Notes: generated from the letters alone by a model not told the origin. DNA of 64,000 nt from Octopus sinensis (GCF_006345805.1 NC_043020.1:15624001-15688000), one strand, 5' to 3'. Shown: positions 36,456-48,714, numbered from the stretch's first letter. Translations and numbers: made by a program.

Positions 36456-38518
36456 TGTCACAACAAGCGCAGAAATCTCAGCACCGCATGGATTGACTAC
36501 AAAAAGGCCTTCGACAGTATACCGCATCCATGGATCTTGAGATCGCTGGACATCTTCAAAATTTCCCCTGTGATTTCAAACTTCCTGAAGCACAATATGT
36601 CGTTGTGGAATACGAATCTCCAATTATACCACTCTAATGGAGTACTTGCCTCAGAAAATATAAACATCAACTGTGGAATTTTTCAAGGTGACTCACTTTC
36701 ACCTTTAATATTCTGCATAGCCCTAATACCCCTTACAAGTGAATTAAACAGAACAGGGTATGGGTATAAAATGCCAATAAAAAAATAAGCCATCTATTTT
36801 GTATGGATGACTTAAAACTTTATGGTAAAGACAATAATGAACTTGAAGGCCTATTGCGCACCGTGAAAGCATTCAGCGATGACATCGGGATGGAGTTTGG
36901 ACTTGAGATGTGTGCCAAGGCCACTTTCCAGAAAGGGAAAGTGAAGACCAGAAATTCAGTCGTGTTAGATGTTGACACAGTCATAAGAGAGCTTGAATAA
37001 AAACAAACATACAAATATTTAGGGATAAATGAAGGCTCTGGTATTCAGCATGCAAGCATGAAAGAGAAAATCAGGAAGGAATGTTATAGGAGAGTTCGTG
37101 CAGTCCTGAAATCTGAACTAAATGCACGTAACAAGGTGTTAGCTATAAATTCCTTAGCAGTTCCAGTTGTTACTTATAGCTACAATGTGTTGAACTGGAA
37201 TATGAGTGAAGTAAAGAATATAGATAGAAAATACGCAAGCTGCTGAGTTGTAATAGGATGCACCACCCAAAGGCAGACGTAGATCGCCTTTACCTTCCCA
37301 GAGCCCAAGAGGTCGAGGCCTGATCCAATTTGAACTAGCTTACAAAACAACCACAATTGGACTGGCCAAATATCTCGAAATCGAATGACTGGATGCTAAA
37401 GCTCGTGGAAAATCACGAGAGACGAAAGAAGCTTCATTCTATCATAAAGGAAAGCAAAAAATTTGCTATTGATCCCGTGCAGGATACCCAAACTGAACAA
37501 CCCGAGGGAAGTACGGCAACTATTGTTGCAAAGAAGGTGAAAATGATGGCAATGAAGAAAGCGCACGAGCAATTGGCTGATAGGTGGGAGGAGAAACCTC
37601 TGCACGGCAAATATGTGACCCGCAGCAAACAAGCTGATGTTGATCAGAAGCAAACCCATCAGTGGCTACGGAGCTCAGGGCTAAAAGCAGAGAGCGAAGG
37701 TTTCATCCTGGCTGCTCAAGATCAAGCCTATTACCCGGAACTACCAGGCCAATGTGATGAAAAATGGAGCAGACCCAAAATGCCGATTCTGCAACGACAT
37801 GATTGAAACAGTGGACCACCTAATCTCTGGATGTAAGTCTTAGCACCAGTGGAGTATAAATTAAGACATGACAGAGTTGCCCAATATCTCCACTGGCTAA
37901 TAAGTCGGCATTACAATATCAAAACTGCCGACAAGTGGTATAATCACCACCCTGAGGCTGTAACTGAAGGAGAAAATGTAACCATTCTGTGGGACTTTCC
38001 AGTACATACAGACCGAACCATCAAGGCCAATAAACCAGATATTGTTGTGAAAGACCAAAACAATAAAGTTTGCTTATTGATCGACATGAGCATCCCCTGT
38101 GATCATAATATCTCAGCGAAAGAGTTTGACAAGCTCAGAAAATATAAAGACCTACTCATTGAAATTGAGAAAATGTGGAATTCAAGGCGGTTACAATACC
38201 AGTGATCGTAGGAGCACTAGGAATGATCAAGAAGGGAACCGAAAATTATATGAGAATGATCCCTGGCTTACCATCCCTGCAAGAAGTGCAAAAGATTGTC
38301 TTAACTGGTACATTACACGTATTGAGAAGAGCATTGTCGATGTGAGAACTGTTGCTGCTCATGTATTTTAATTTAACTTTAAAAAAAAAAAAAAAAATGA
38401 ACGAACTACTGAGTTTGGTTTAATGGCCTACCAATGTATGCTATGAGTTTCTTTGCCCTAGGAGTCGGGAAGACACTCGGCAAGAAATGGAAGCAAATTT
38501 GAAAGAAGAATAAAAAAG
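36456..38518 (+). mobile_element. 5'-truncated R4/Dong-clade non-LTR retrotransposon (RT, CCHC, REL endonuclease), frameshifted
   Basis: WIDYKKAFDSIPH, GIFQGDSLSPL, MDDLKLY, YKYLG, KPLHGKY, LAAQDQA, YKLRHDRVAQYLHW, LWDF..HTDRTIKANKPDIVV, IDMSIP, EFDKLRKYKDL; ORF ends at about 38344; (AAT)n on both sides. Confidence 0.9.
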
Positions 38519-38523
38519 TAATG

Positions 38524-38571
<48 letters not shown>

Positions 38572-38574
<3 letters not shown>

Positions 38575-39127
38575 GCCCTGATGCAGTACCAGGCAGTGGC
38601 TTTCATGGCTTCTGATCTTAACTGATTGCAAGTGTTATCATGTACATTGTTTTGTCTTGGTATAAAAGATGGGCTACAGCAAATATTCTGCTCAATACCA
38701 CAGATTTGCTTGTCAGTTGTTTGACCATAACCAGTTGAGCATGTCCCTTAGTGGCTGACGATATGTGCATCTCTGATCATGAGCAGAAGTAGTGGGGGAG
38801 CATCATAGCCATGTGTTGAGAGGGATTCTTTGGGGTTTGAATAATTCACCTCTGGAAACATGGGTGGTTCTTTCAACATCCTTAAACAACCCTTATTCAG
38901 GGACCTTTTGAGCGGGATAGGCTACTCAACCTGAAGAAAATTCTAACTGGGCCCATCTGCAAGGTCATGTGCTGTTTATCTTGATATGAGATCACCATGT
39001 CGCGCACATATGGTTGTGATGCATGTGCCTGGTGTACCCTTATCAGACGGGTAGTCATGATGGGTATACTGGGCTTCGTATATTTTATCCCAGTGTCACT
39101 TTGATGGCATGAACTGCTCTCTCACTC
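38572..39127. mobile_element. About 556-bp non-coding element bounded by (AAT)n
   Basis: Discrete segment of higher GC between AAT arrays 38519-38571 and 39128-39151; no ORF and no tRNA head. Confidence 0.55.
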
Positions 39128-39151
39128 AATAATAATAATAATAATAATAAT

Positions 39152-39297
39152 TAATTCTTTTATTGGCCACAAGGGCTGACAAAAATTAATTATAACATAA
39201 AGGGACAAAACACAGGACGAAATTTACAAAGGGCTTTGTCCGTTTGTGAAATTGAGCAAAAAACAGTTTAACAAGGAAAGATTATAACAACGAAAAA
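39152..39297 (-). mobile_element. Tx1-related 3'-end fragment
   Basis: AATTCTTTTATTGGCCACAAGGGCTGAC...ACATAAAGGGACAA...CAGGACGAAA...TTACAAAGGG matches 30525-30610. Confidence 0.8.
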
Positions 39298-39513
39298 ATC
39301 ATCTTCTCTACTCCAGGCACAAGGCGTGGAATTTTTGGGGAGGGGGCCAGTTGATTAGATCAACCCCAGCATGCAACTGGTACTTAATTTATTGACCCTG
39401 AAAGGATGAAAGGCAAAGTCAACCTCAGTGGAATCTGAACTCAAAGTAACAACAGGCGAAATACTGCTAAGCATTTAGTCCAGCGTGCTAATGATTCTAC
39501 CAGCTCACAGCTT
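39298..39513 (-). mobile_element. SINE family B2
   Basis: Full head, core and tail; the tail abuts the Tx1 fragment. Confidence 0.82.
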
Positions 39514-39847
39514 TACAACAACAACAACAACAACAATAAAAATCACATCACGTTTTAGCACTGCACATCTATAGAAGAAGATAACAAGCTTTCTCAAGAT
39601 GAATACTACAATTTTGTGGCTTTCTCCATCATATCCATGTTAAGTAAGATATACAGCTTGCTACTCTGAACCAATACTGATTCTGTAACTAATAACAAAC
39701 TTTTACTAAAACTATTAATTATAATTTCTTTTACTGATCACAAAGAACCCAGAATGTTGGGAGAAGTACAAATGTCAAAAAACAAAAAAAAAGGTGAGTA
39801 ATTTACTTGAAGTAAAAGTGTGCAATTAACAAACCAATAATGACACA

Positions 39848-40270
39848 TAAACCCGTTAACATTCAAATTATCCTATCAAATGTAATACTTATTTAGTCAC
39901 ATTGTTATGAAATAATCATGCATTATCTTGTAACTGTTAATCTTTAGAGTGACACTGTAGGGCAGGTGTGTGAGGTCACACCTGGCCAGTTTCAGCATAA
40001 AACAGGTAGAATATTTGGGCTGGATATGGAAGGTTTAAATGCTAAAGGGTTAATCCTTTAGAATTTAAACAAGCCATATCTGGCCCAAATATTCTACCTG
40101 TTTTATGCTGAAACTGGCCAGATCCAGTCTTTCACAGCTACCCTACAGTGTCATTATAAAAATAAACTATCACATCATCAAAATCTTGAAGCTACAAGAT
40201 AATGCATGATTAATTATAAAAAATGTGGATAAATAAATATCACATTTGATAAATTACCCTGAATGGTTAA
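39848..40270. mobile_element. Two TTAA-type MITEs in inverted orientation sharing one TTAA at 40050-40053
   Basis: AATGCTAAAGGG-TTAA-TCCTTTAGAATT; the arms are reverse complements. Confidence 0.75.
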
Positions 40271-40577
40271 TAAATAGGGTTAATAAATAGCAAATCTCTT
40301 GAAGAAGTTTGACGAAGGTTTCACTTGACAGCAAAAGTGATGCTACTTTAGCATGTTCTCTGTCACAATATCCAGATTCTGTGATGTAACATGACCTGAT
40401 ATAGGTTAGGGTTAGGCTTTAGGATTAGAGTTAGGGTTTAGAGTAAAGGTAAGACTGCATGCTAAAGTGCAAAAGGCCAGGTCGACTGCACACTAAAAGA
40501 GACACTAGAAACAGTCTGTCCTTAAAAGCTTTTAAATGCATCCACCACTTCCTTTACCATAGCAAGCAGAGACTGAT

Positions 40578-40806
40578 TAAGGCAGTGAGCTGGCAGAAAT
40601 GTTAGCATGCCGGCTCAGTGGTATTTCGTCTACCACTACATTCTGAGTTCAAATTCCGCTGAGGTCGACTTTGCCTTTCATCCTTTCGGGGTTGATTAAA
40701 TAAGTACCAGTTATGCACAGGGGTCGATGTAATCAACTTAATCCGTTTGTCTGTCCTTGTTTGTCCCCTCTGTATGTGGCCCCTTGTGGGCAATAAAGAA
40801 ATAAGC
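40578..40806 (+). mobile_element. SINE family B
   Basis: Head, core and tail match. Confidence 0.88.
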
Positions 40807-41224
40807 AGAGAATGATTATCCACCCTTCTTTCCTGAAGAACTGTGATGGGTCAGTCATCATGATAGGCTTGGCTGACAGTCAGATCTATGTCTCTTGTGA
40901 TGAGGGCTCTTCAACGTAAATACATAAATTAGCAAAGCACAAACACTGAATGAATACATGCCGGTTAGATTATCACCCTGCATTCATCTCAGACAGGATC
41001 AATTGCTAGTGACTCCAGTATGGCCATACCTCTTGTGACATTGCCAAGATACAGACTTCAAGAAGTCACTTTTAATAAATAAATGTGCGTGTGTGTGTGT
41101 GTCTATGTACGTATCTGTGTTTGTATATATGTGTGTATACAAATATGTGTGTGTTTGTGTGCATGTACAAATAATGGTTGAAACACCAGAACAGACAATG
41201 GACCCTGGTGTTGCGCCCTGCCCC

Positions 41225-41720
41225 ACACTCCACTGGCCTTTCTAGCTCCTGTCAAACTGTCTAACCCATGACAGGATAGAAAATGGACATTAAATGATGA
41301 TGATGATGATGATAATGATGATGATGAACAAACATCATCATCATCATCGTTTAACGTCCGCTTTCCATGCTAACATGGGTTGGACGGTTCAACTGGGGTC
41401 TGGGAAGCCCAAAGGCTGCACCAGGTCAGTCAGATCTAGCAGTGTTTCTACAGCTGGATGCCCTTCCTAACACCAACCACTCCGTGAGTGTAGTGGGTGC
41501 TTTTTACGTGCCACCGACACAGGTGCCAGACGAGGCTGGCGAACGGCCACGCTTGGATGGTGTTTTTTACGTGCCACCGGCATGGAGGCCTGGTGAGGCA
41601 GGCAACGGCCACAATCGGATGGTGTTTGTTACATGTCACCAGCACGGAGGCCAGTCGGTGCGGCGCTGGCTATGTCCACGTTCGGATGGTTCTCTTACGT
41701 GCCACCGGCACTGGTATAAC
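41225..41720. mobile_element. Two RTE 3'UTR copies joined tail to tail
   Basis: The plus-strand tail ends in (GAT)n, then AACAAA, then (CAT)n of a minus-strand copy. Confidence 0.75.
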
Positions 41721-42167
41721 AACTACAAATTCCATTGATGTTATGATGTTTAAAATGTATCTGGAGGTGGGGGTGGTTGCATATGCGTATGAATGTTTGT
41801 GTGCATGTGTGTGTGTGTGTGAGCACCTATACTTTGATACTTTGATAGGTTTCGGCCATTATTGGCCCAGGCCATGTCTAACTTAATAGCACCACCTGGT
41901 GAAGTCTTTCAAGTCAGAATTTGGGCACTATGGCCCACTCAAGTAGAGAGTTATTGTTTACAGACATATCCGGGTGTAGGGGGTTTAGCCGGGATTTCTT
42001 GAAGGAATCTGTCCAAAGACTTCTTGAACCCTATAGGGTTTGTTTCTGTTTTAATGTGTTTTGGTGTAATGTTAAAGAGAGCGGGGCCAATTGAGGTGAA
42101 ATAATTGTGCCGTATTGTTGTTATGAGATGAGAGTGCGAAATATATATATATATATATATATATATA

Positions 42168-42442
42168 TCATCATCATCATCATCGTTTAACGTCCGTTTT
42201 CCGCGCTAGCACGGGTTGGACGGTTTGACCGGGGTCTGGGAAGCCAGGGGCTGCTCCAGGCTCCAGTCTGATCTGGCAGAGTTTCTACGGCTGGATGCCC
42301 TTCCTAACGCCAACCACTCCGCGAGTGGAGTGGGTGCTTTTTACGTGCCACCTGCACAGGTGCCAGGGTGGGTCTGGCATCGATCACGATCGGTTCGAGC
42401 TTTTAACGTGCCAGCGGCACGGAAGCCAGCCAAGGTGGCACT

Positions 42443-42447
<5 letters not shown>
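42168..42447 (-). mobile_element. RTE 3'UTR copy (family C)
   Basis: (CAT)n-CGTTTAACGTCCG...CTGGATGCCCTTCCTAACGCCAACC. Confidence 0.85.
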
Positions 42448-42479
<32 letters not shown>

Positions 42480-42575
42480 TCAATATAGGGTGGCAAAAAA
42501 TTTTGTAGAATTTTTTTGCCACCAGCGGCCTAGTGGGAAAAAATTAAATAGTCATAGACCATTTTTAAGTTCAAC

Positions 42576-42797
42576 ATCACAATCAAGGAACGGCCATAAT
42601 AGGCCATTCACCCACTAGAAATAACAGCCAAAGCTTCAACCGCAAAATAACATCAATTCCGTAAACCAGGAGAAAATTAAAAAATTTTTTTAATTTTTTA
42701 ATTTTCTCCTGGTTTACGGAATTGATGTTATTTTGCGGTTGAAGCTTTGGCTGTTATTTCTAGTGGGTGAATGGCCTATAATGGCCGTTCCTTGATT

Positions 42798-42802
<5 letters not shown>
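42576..42802. repeat. Near-perfect palindrome, about 111-bp arms and 5-nt spacer, ending at (TA)n
   Basis: 42576-42686 versus 42692-42802. Confidence 0.92.
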
Positions 42803-42833
<31 letters not shown>

Positions 42834-42999
42834 AGTGTACATATAACATGGATACAAAATGATTTTTTAAAATATGCGGGCATGTAGGTATGTGCATGTG
42901 TGTGTTTCTGCGTGTGTGTGAGTGTGAATATCCAGAAACTGTTGAAGGGAACGATACATACTGACAAAGAAGTCAAGTAAATAACACACACACATAAAC

Positions 43000-43038
43000 G
43001 ATCGCAAATGTACACAAGCATACACATAGATACATAAC

Positions 43039-43084
<46 letters not shown>

Positions 43085-43240
43085 CAGATATGTACAGACA
43101 ATCAGATAACACATAGTCACAGATGCACATACAAATACACAGACATCATACACAAACTCATTCAGATACATAGCCACACACACACACACACACTTACAGA
43201 TACATAATCAAAGCCACAGTACTCATTCATAGATATGCAC

Positions 43241-43272
<32 letters not shown>

Positions 43273-44247
43273 GCACAATACTCAGTCACAAATATGCATA
43301 TAATTGCACACACACTTTCACACACAGACATACAGATACATAATCAAAGACACAGTACTCAGTCATATATATGCACACATACAGACACACACACACAACA
43401 CAATACTCAGTCACAAATATGCATACAATTGCACACACACTTTGGCACACAGTCACACACAATAGTCATAGACACATTCACAATTACACAAGCATACACA
43501 CACATGTACATACACACAAACACACATAATACTCAGCCACAGACATGCACTCAATTTCACACAAACACACACAACCATACACTCACACACACACATACAC
43601 ACACCTAGTGATAGGCTCACACACACACACACAAAAAAATACATACACATACATGCACATAATCATACATACTCACACATAATTATACTCTCACACACAC
43701 ATAGTCATAGACTTAAACACACATAGACACACTCAGTCATACAATCATACAGACACACACATGTAATCATACACTCACACATATACATGCCCAGTCATAC
43801 ACTTACACACACACATACATTGCTATATGCTCACATGTAATCATACTCTCACACACATACAGTAATAGATGTACACATACATACTCACAGACATACCTAG
43901 TCATACACTCACACATACATACACACATGGAGTCATACACAATCACATACACACACACACGTTGTCATACATTCACACATTATCATACACTCTTACACAC
44001 ACATACACTCATAGACCTACACACACACACAGATATTCTCACACATAATCATGTACTCTCACAACACACTTACACACACTTAGTCATACACTAGCACACA
44101 CACATATGCATGCAGTCATACACTCATACACACAAATACATTGCCATACACTCACACAGACACATACACATTGTCATACACTCACAGACACACACACATA
44201 TTGCCATACACGCTCTATCACAAACACAAATACACACACAAACATGC

Positions 44248-44288
<41 letters not shown>

Positions 44289-44310
44289 CAGATACCGATG
44301 TATGTAATGG
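43000..44310. repeat. Degenerate CA-rich minisatellite
   Basis: Recurring AGTCATACACTCACAC-like units. Confidence 0.85.
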
Positions 44311-44853
44311 TGTGAACAGTATTTTACTAACTCTTTTCCGAATAAACAACCATTCTTCACCAAACAGAGAAATGTAATTATTTTTAATAATGAGAAAAAT
44401 ATAAAACATAATTGAAAAATAAAAAATGGAGATAAAAAATAAAATCAGAAAATTACATTTTTCATTAAAAAAAACTTAACAGAGGAAAAAAAAAAACTTC
44501 CTGAAGGAGTAAAACAAACAAACAAACAAAAGAGAAAGATAGCTAACAGTGTTTCTGTTGTTGTTGCTGTTTAGCCCCAGGAGAGATCTGATCAAACAGA
44601 ATTATAATCAAAATGACACGCCAGATATGACCATCCAGTCTGCTGATCTTTTTTGTATTTTTTGATTTTGCTATTTTGAAGGCATGGCTAGATGCAGGGA
44701 TGGCTGTGTGGTAAGAAACTTGCTTCCCAACCACATGGTTCTGGGTTCAGTCTCACTGCATGGCACTTTCTACTACTACAGCCCTAGACCAACTAGAACC
44801 TTGTAAATGGACATGATAGACAGAAATTGAAAATCACCAATTGTGTATATATT

Positions 44854-44887
<34 letters not shown>

Positions 44888-44909
44888 ATGATAATAATAG
44901 ATAATTTAG

Positions 44910-45340
44910 ATATCATCATCATTTAACGTCCGCTTTTCATGCTGGCATGGGTTGGACGATTTGACTGAAGACTGGCGAACCAGATGGCTGCACCAGGCTC
45001 CAATCTGATCTGGCAGAGTTTCTACAGCTTGATGCCCTTCCTGAGAGTGCAGTGGGTGCTTTTATGCGCAACCAGTACGAGGGCCAGTCAGGCGGTACTG
45101 GCAACGGCCACACTCAAATGGTGTTTTTTACATGCCACCTGCACAGGAGCCAGTCCAGTGGCATTGGCAATAACCTTGCTCGAATGTTTTTTCACGTGCC
45201 AGTAAGGCGACACTGGTAATGATCACGTTCGAATGATGCTTTTTACATGCCACCAGCACAGAAGCCAGTTAGCTGCTCTGGCAACGGTCATGTTCAGATG
45301 GTGCTCTTAGCACTCCATGAGCATGGATGCCAGTCATCGA
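44910..45340 (-). mobile_element. RTE 3'UTR copy (family C)
   Basis: Matches the other C copies, with internal repeats. Confidence 0.8.
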
Positions 45341-45481
45341 ATTTGACATATAATTAGATTACTGTGATTAAATGTTGAGTAGTGCAATGGCACAATTTAG
45401 ACTACCTGTTGTCATCCATAATTGTGGTACACTTCCATTGGATTTACTTCAAGAACTTTGCACTGAAACTTCTTTATCAAT

Positions 45482-45524
45482 GTACCTGAAGAGACTCAGA
45501 CTGATGGGTCGAAACATGTTGTAC
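45482..45524 (+). ncRNA. Minimal type I hammerhead ribozyme with intact core
   Basis: GUAC-CUGAAGA-GACUCA/UGGGUC-GAAA-CAUG-UU-GUAC; palindromic ACAUGU stem III. Confidence 0.8.
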
Positions 45525-45559
45525 CTAATAAAAGTCTAATACAAAATCCGTCTCCTACT

Positions 45560-45996
45560 ACTCTTTTACTTGTTTCAGTCATGTGACTGTGGCCATGTTG
45601 GAGCACCACATTTAGTTGAGCAAATTCACCCCCGGACTTATTCTTTGTAAGCCTAGTACATATTCTATCAGCCCCCTTTTGTCGAACCGCTAAGTTATGG
45701 CGACATAAACATACCTATTTCTTTACTACCCACAAGGGGCTAAACACAGAGAGGAGAAACAAGGACAGACAACGGGATTAAGTCGATTACATCGACCCCC
45801 AGTGCGTAACTGGTACTTAATTTATCGACCCCGGAAGGATGACAGGCAAAGTTGACCTGGCGGAATTTGAACTCAGAACACAGCGACAGACGAAATACCG
45901 GTAAGCATTTCAGCCGGCGTGCTAACGTTTCTGCCAGCTCACCGACATAAACATACCAGCATCGGTTGTCAAGCAATGTTGGGGAGACAAACAAAA

Positions 45997-46065
<69 letters not shown>

Positions 46066-46235
46066 CACATATATATACAATAGGCTTCTTTCAGTTTCCG
46101 TCTACCAAATCCACTCACAAGGCTTTAGTTGGCCCGAGGGTATAGTAGAAGACACTTGCCCAAGGTGCCACACAGTGGGATTGAACCTGGAACTATGTGG
46201 TTTGTAAGCAAGCTACTACCACAGCTACTCCTATG

Positions 46236-46240
<5 letters not shown>
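45560..46240 (-). mobile_element. SINE family A with nested B
   Basis: Tail and head flank the B insertion. Confidence 0.85.
45716..45942 (-). mobile_element. SINE family B with 15-bp TSD
   Basis: CGACATAAACATACC at 45701-45715 and 45943-45957. Confidence 0.9.
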
Positions 46241-46278
<38 letters not shown>

Positions 46279-46525
46279 CAAAAGAAGACACATAGGATAG
46301 AAAGTCACTGAAGAGGTCACAGAATGCGTGATAAAAAAATAACTTTACCAAGAAACTGAAATAATAATAATAAAACTGAAGTGAAGATCAAATGTATAGT
46401 ATATGTGTTTAATTAGCAAAATATGACCATTGCCAAGAATAACAATATATGATGGACTCTCCTGTTGAAGATGATGTATGAGCATTCAGCTTTTGCTGAA
46501 TGACCAGTACAAATGATTTGTTTCT

Positions 46526-46978
46526 TATTTCTCTATTGCCCACAAAGAGGCTAAACATAGAGGGGACAAACAAGGACAGACAAAGGGATTAAGTCGATTA
46601 CATCGACTCCAGTGTGTAACTGATACTTAATTTATCGACCCCAAAAGGATGAAAGGTAAAGTCGACTTCGGCAGTATTTGAACTCAGAACATAACGACAG
46701 ACGAAATACAGCTATGCATTTTGAGCGGCATGCTAACGTTTCTTATTTCTTTATTGCTCACAAGGGGCTAAACATAGAGGGGACAAACAAGGACAGATAA
46801 AGGGATTAAGTTGATTACATCGACTCCAGTGCGTAACTTGTACTTAATTTATTGACCCCGAAAGGATGGCAGGCAAAGTTGACTTCGGCAGTATTTGAAC
46901 TCAGAACATAGCGGCAGACGAAATACTGCTAAGCATTTCGCCCAGTGTGCTAACGTTTCTGCCAGCTCGCTGCCTCAA
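46526..46978 (-). mobile_element. SINE family B head-to-tail dimer with 22-bp flanking direct repeat
   Basis: CCAGTACAAATGATTTGTTTCT at 46504-46525 and 46986-47007. Confidence 0.88.
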
Positions 46979-47039
46979 TCCTTTGCCAGTACAAATGATT
47001 TGTTTCTAGTGATCAAATGTTCATGCTGCACATCAGCTT

Positions 47040-47200
47040 ACTTTCTCCACCAAATTGATGTCGCCTGAAGAAGTGCACAGTGTACCATGCATCAGGTGTC
47101 GATGTGATCGCAGAGCAACAAGAGATGAAGTCTAGGAATTGAAACTCCGATCTTGAGATTGTGAGTGAAACTCCCTGACCACTAAGCCATGCACCCTCAC
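47040..47200 (-). mobile_element. Degenerate tRNA-headed SINE, family E-like
   Basis: Minus strand GGGTGCATGGCTTAGTGGTCAGGG head. Confidence 0.5.
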
Positions 47201-47600
47201 ATATAAATTTCTAAAATAAACAAGCTTTAATTACAAATCACAACATTTGTTTCTGCACAGTAGTAACAGCTGTTAGTTGCTGAATCTTCAGTCTCATAAC
47301 ATAACATAACATAAATTATTGTGTGAAAAGTCTGGCTGCATCCGAAAAAATATATATTATGAAACAAAAACAAACACAAAATTTATTACACGAATCTGTT
47401 ACCACCACGGTAGTCAACTATTTGATGCTGAACACGAGTTTGATGTTGAATACATCCCCGAATTTTCCACTCAGATAGCTCTTCCCCAGACTGCAAAATG
47501 ATTTCGTGCAATTCATGCCTCGGTTCGTAAGCAAGCTACTTACTACACTATTTTTATAGTAATGTGACAAGGAGTTAAAACTTCTATCTAAGTAAACTTT

Positions 47601-47926
47601 AATAAAGACCCCCTTCGGTCATGAATGACCATGGGATTGCACCTAGAAAGTTACCCTCCTAGACACAAGTCCGGGCAAGGTTGTTTATGGAAGACCAGCA
47701 GTCGCCCATGCATACCAGCCTCCCCTCTCCACACCACCAGTGTTATCCAAGGGAAAGACAAAGGTCGATACAGCTTGGCACCAGTGACGTCGCAACTCAT
47801 TTCTACAGCTGAGTGAACTGGAGCAACGTGAAATAAAGTGCCTTGCTCAAGAACACAACACGCAGCCCGGTCCGGGATTCGAGCTCACAACCTCACAATC
47901 GTAAGCTCGACGCTCTAACCACTGAG
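47601..47926 (-). mobile_element. SINE family D, tRNA head with CORE-like domain
   Basis: Minus strand CTCAGTGGTTAGAGCG...GCTCGAATCCC...TTCTTGAGCAAGGCAC...; tail GACCGAAGGGGGTC. Confidence 0.8.
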
Positions 47927-48237
47927 GGATAACCAACTTCGTTAGAAATCTTCTTCAAAAATTAAAAATTCTGCACTACAGATAAGTCTCAAAACAAAGA
48001 TGCTAACGTGTATGCAGCCTTCTTTTCACACAGAGGATATACATTTAATGCAGTGCTTTAAAAACCACCTACCTGATGAAGTGTTGGCACACAGCTACCA
48101 CTGGATCATATTCATTTATGTAATTATTTCTAAAATAATCTAAGTAATGGGATGAGGAAACGAAAACTTAGCAACTTACACTGAACAGAAACAAATATTG
48201 TAATTTGTAATTAAGGCCTGTTTATTCCATCTTCTTC

Positions 48238-48560
48238 TTCTCTTTTACTCTTTTACTTGTTTCAGTCATTTGACTGTGGCCATGCTGGAGCACCACCTTT
48301 AGTTGAGCAAATCAACCCCAGGACTTATATTTTAAAAGCCTAGTACATATTTTATCAGTCTCTTTTGCCAAACCGCTAAGTTATGGCAACGTAAACACAC
48401 CAGCATTGGTTGTCAAGAGATGTTGGAGGGACAAACACAGAAGCACAAATATATATATATCTATATACGATGGGCTTCTTTCAGTTTCCGTCTACCAAAT
48501 CCACTCACAAGGCTTTGGTCGGCCCGAGGCTATAGTAGAAGACAGCCACTCCTATGTCTG
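48238..48560 (-). mobile_element. SINE family A with an internal deletion
   Basis: Reverse complement match. Confidence 0.8.
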
Positions 48561-48714
48561 TATAAATTTTTATATATACTCAATGCACCAAAGGAGTTCC
48601 ATACGTATATCCAGCTTAAGGAATAACCCTGCTGTATATGATGGCATATGGTAGCTGATAATAGTACAGGAGCTTTTAAATGCACATTATGCAGCTATTA
48701 GCCAGGTAATCTTT

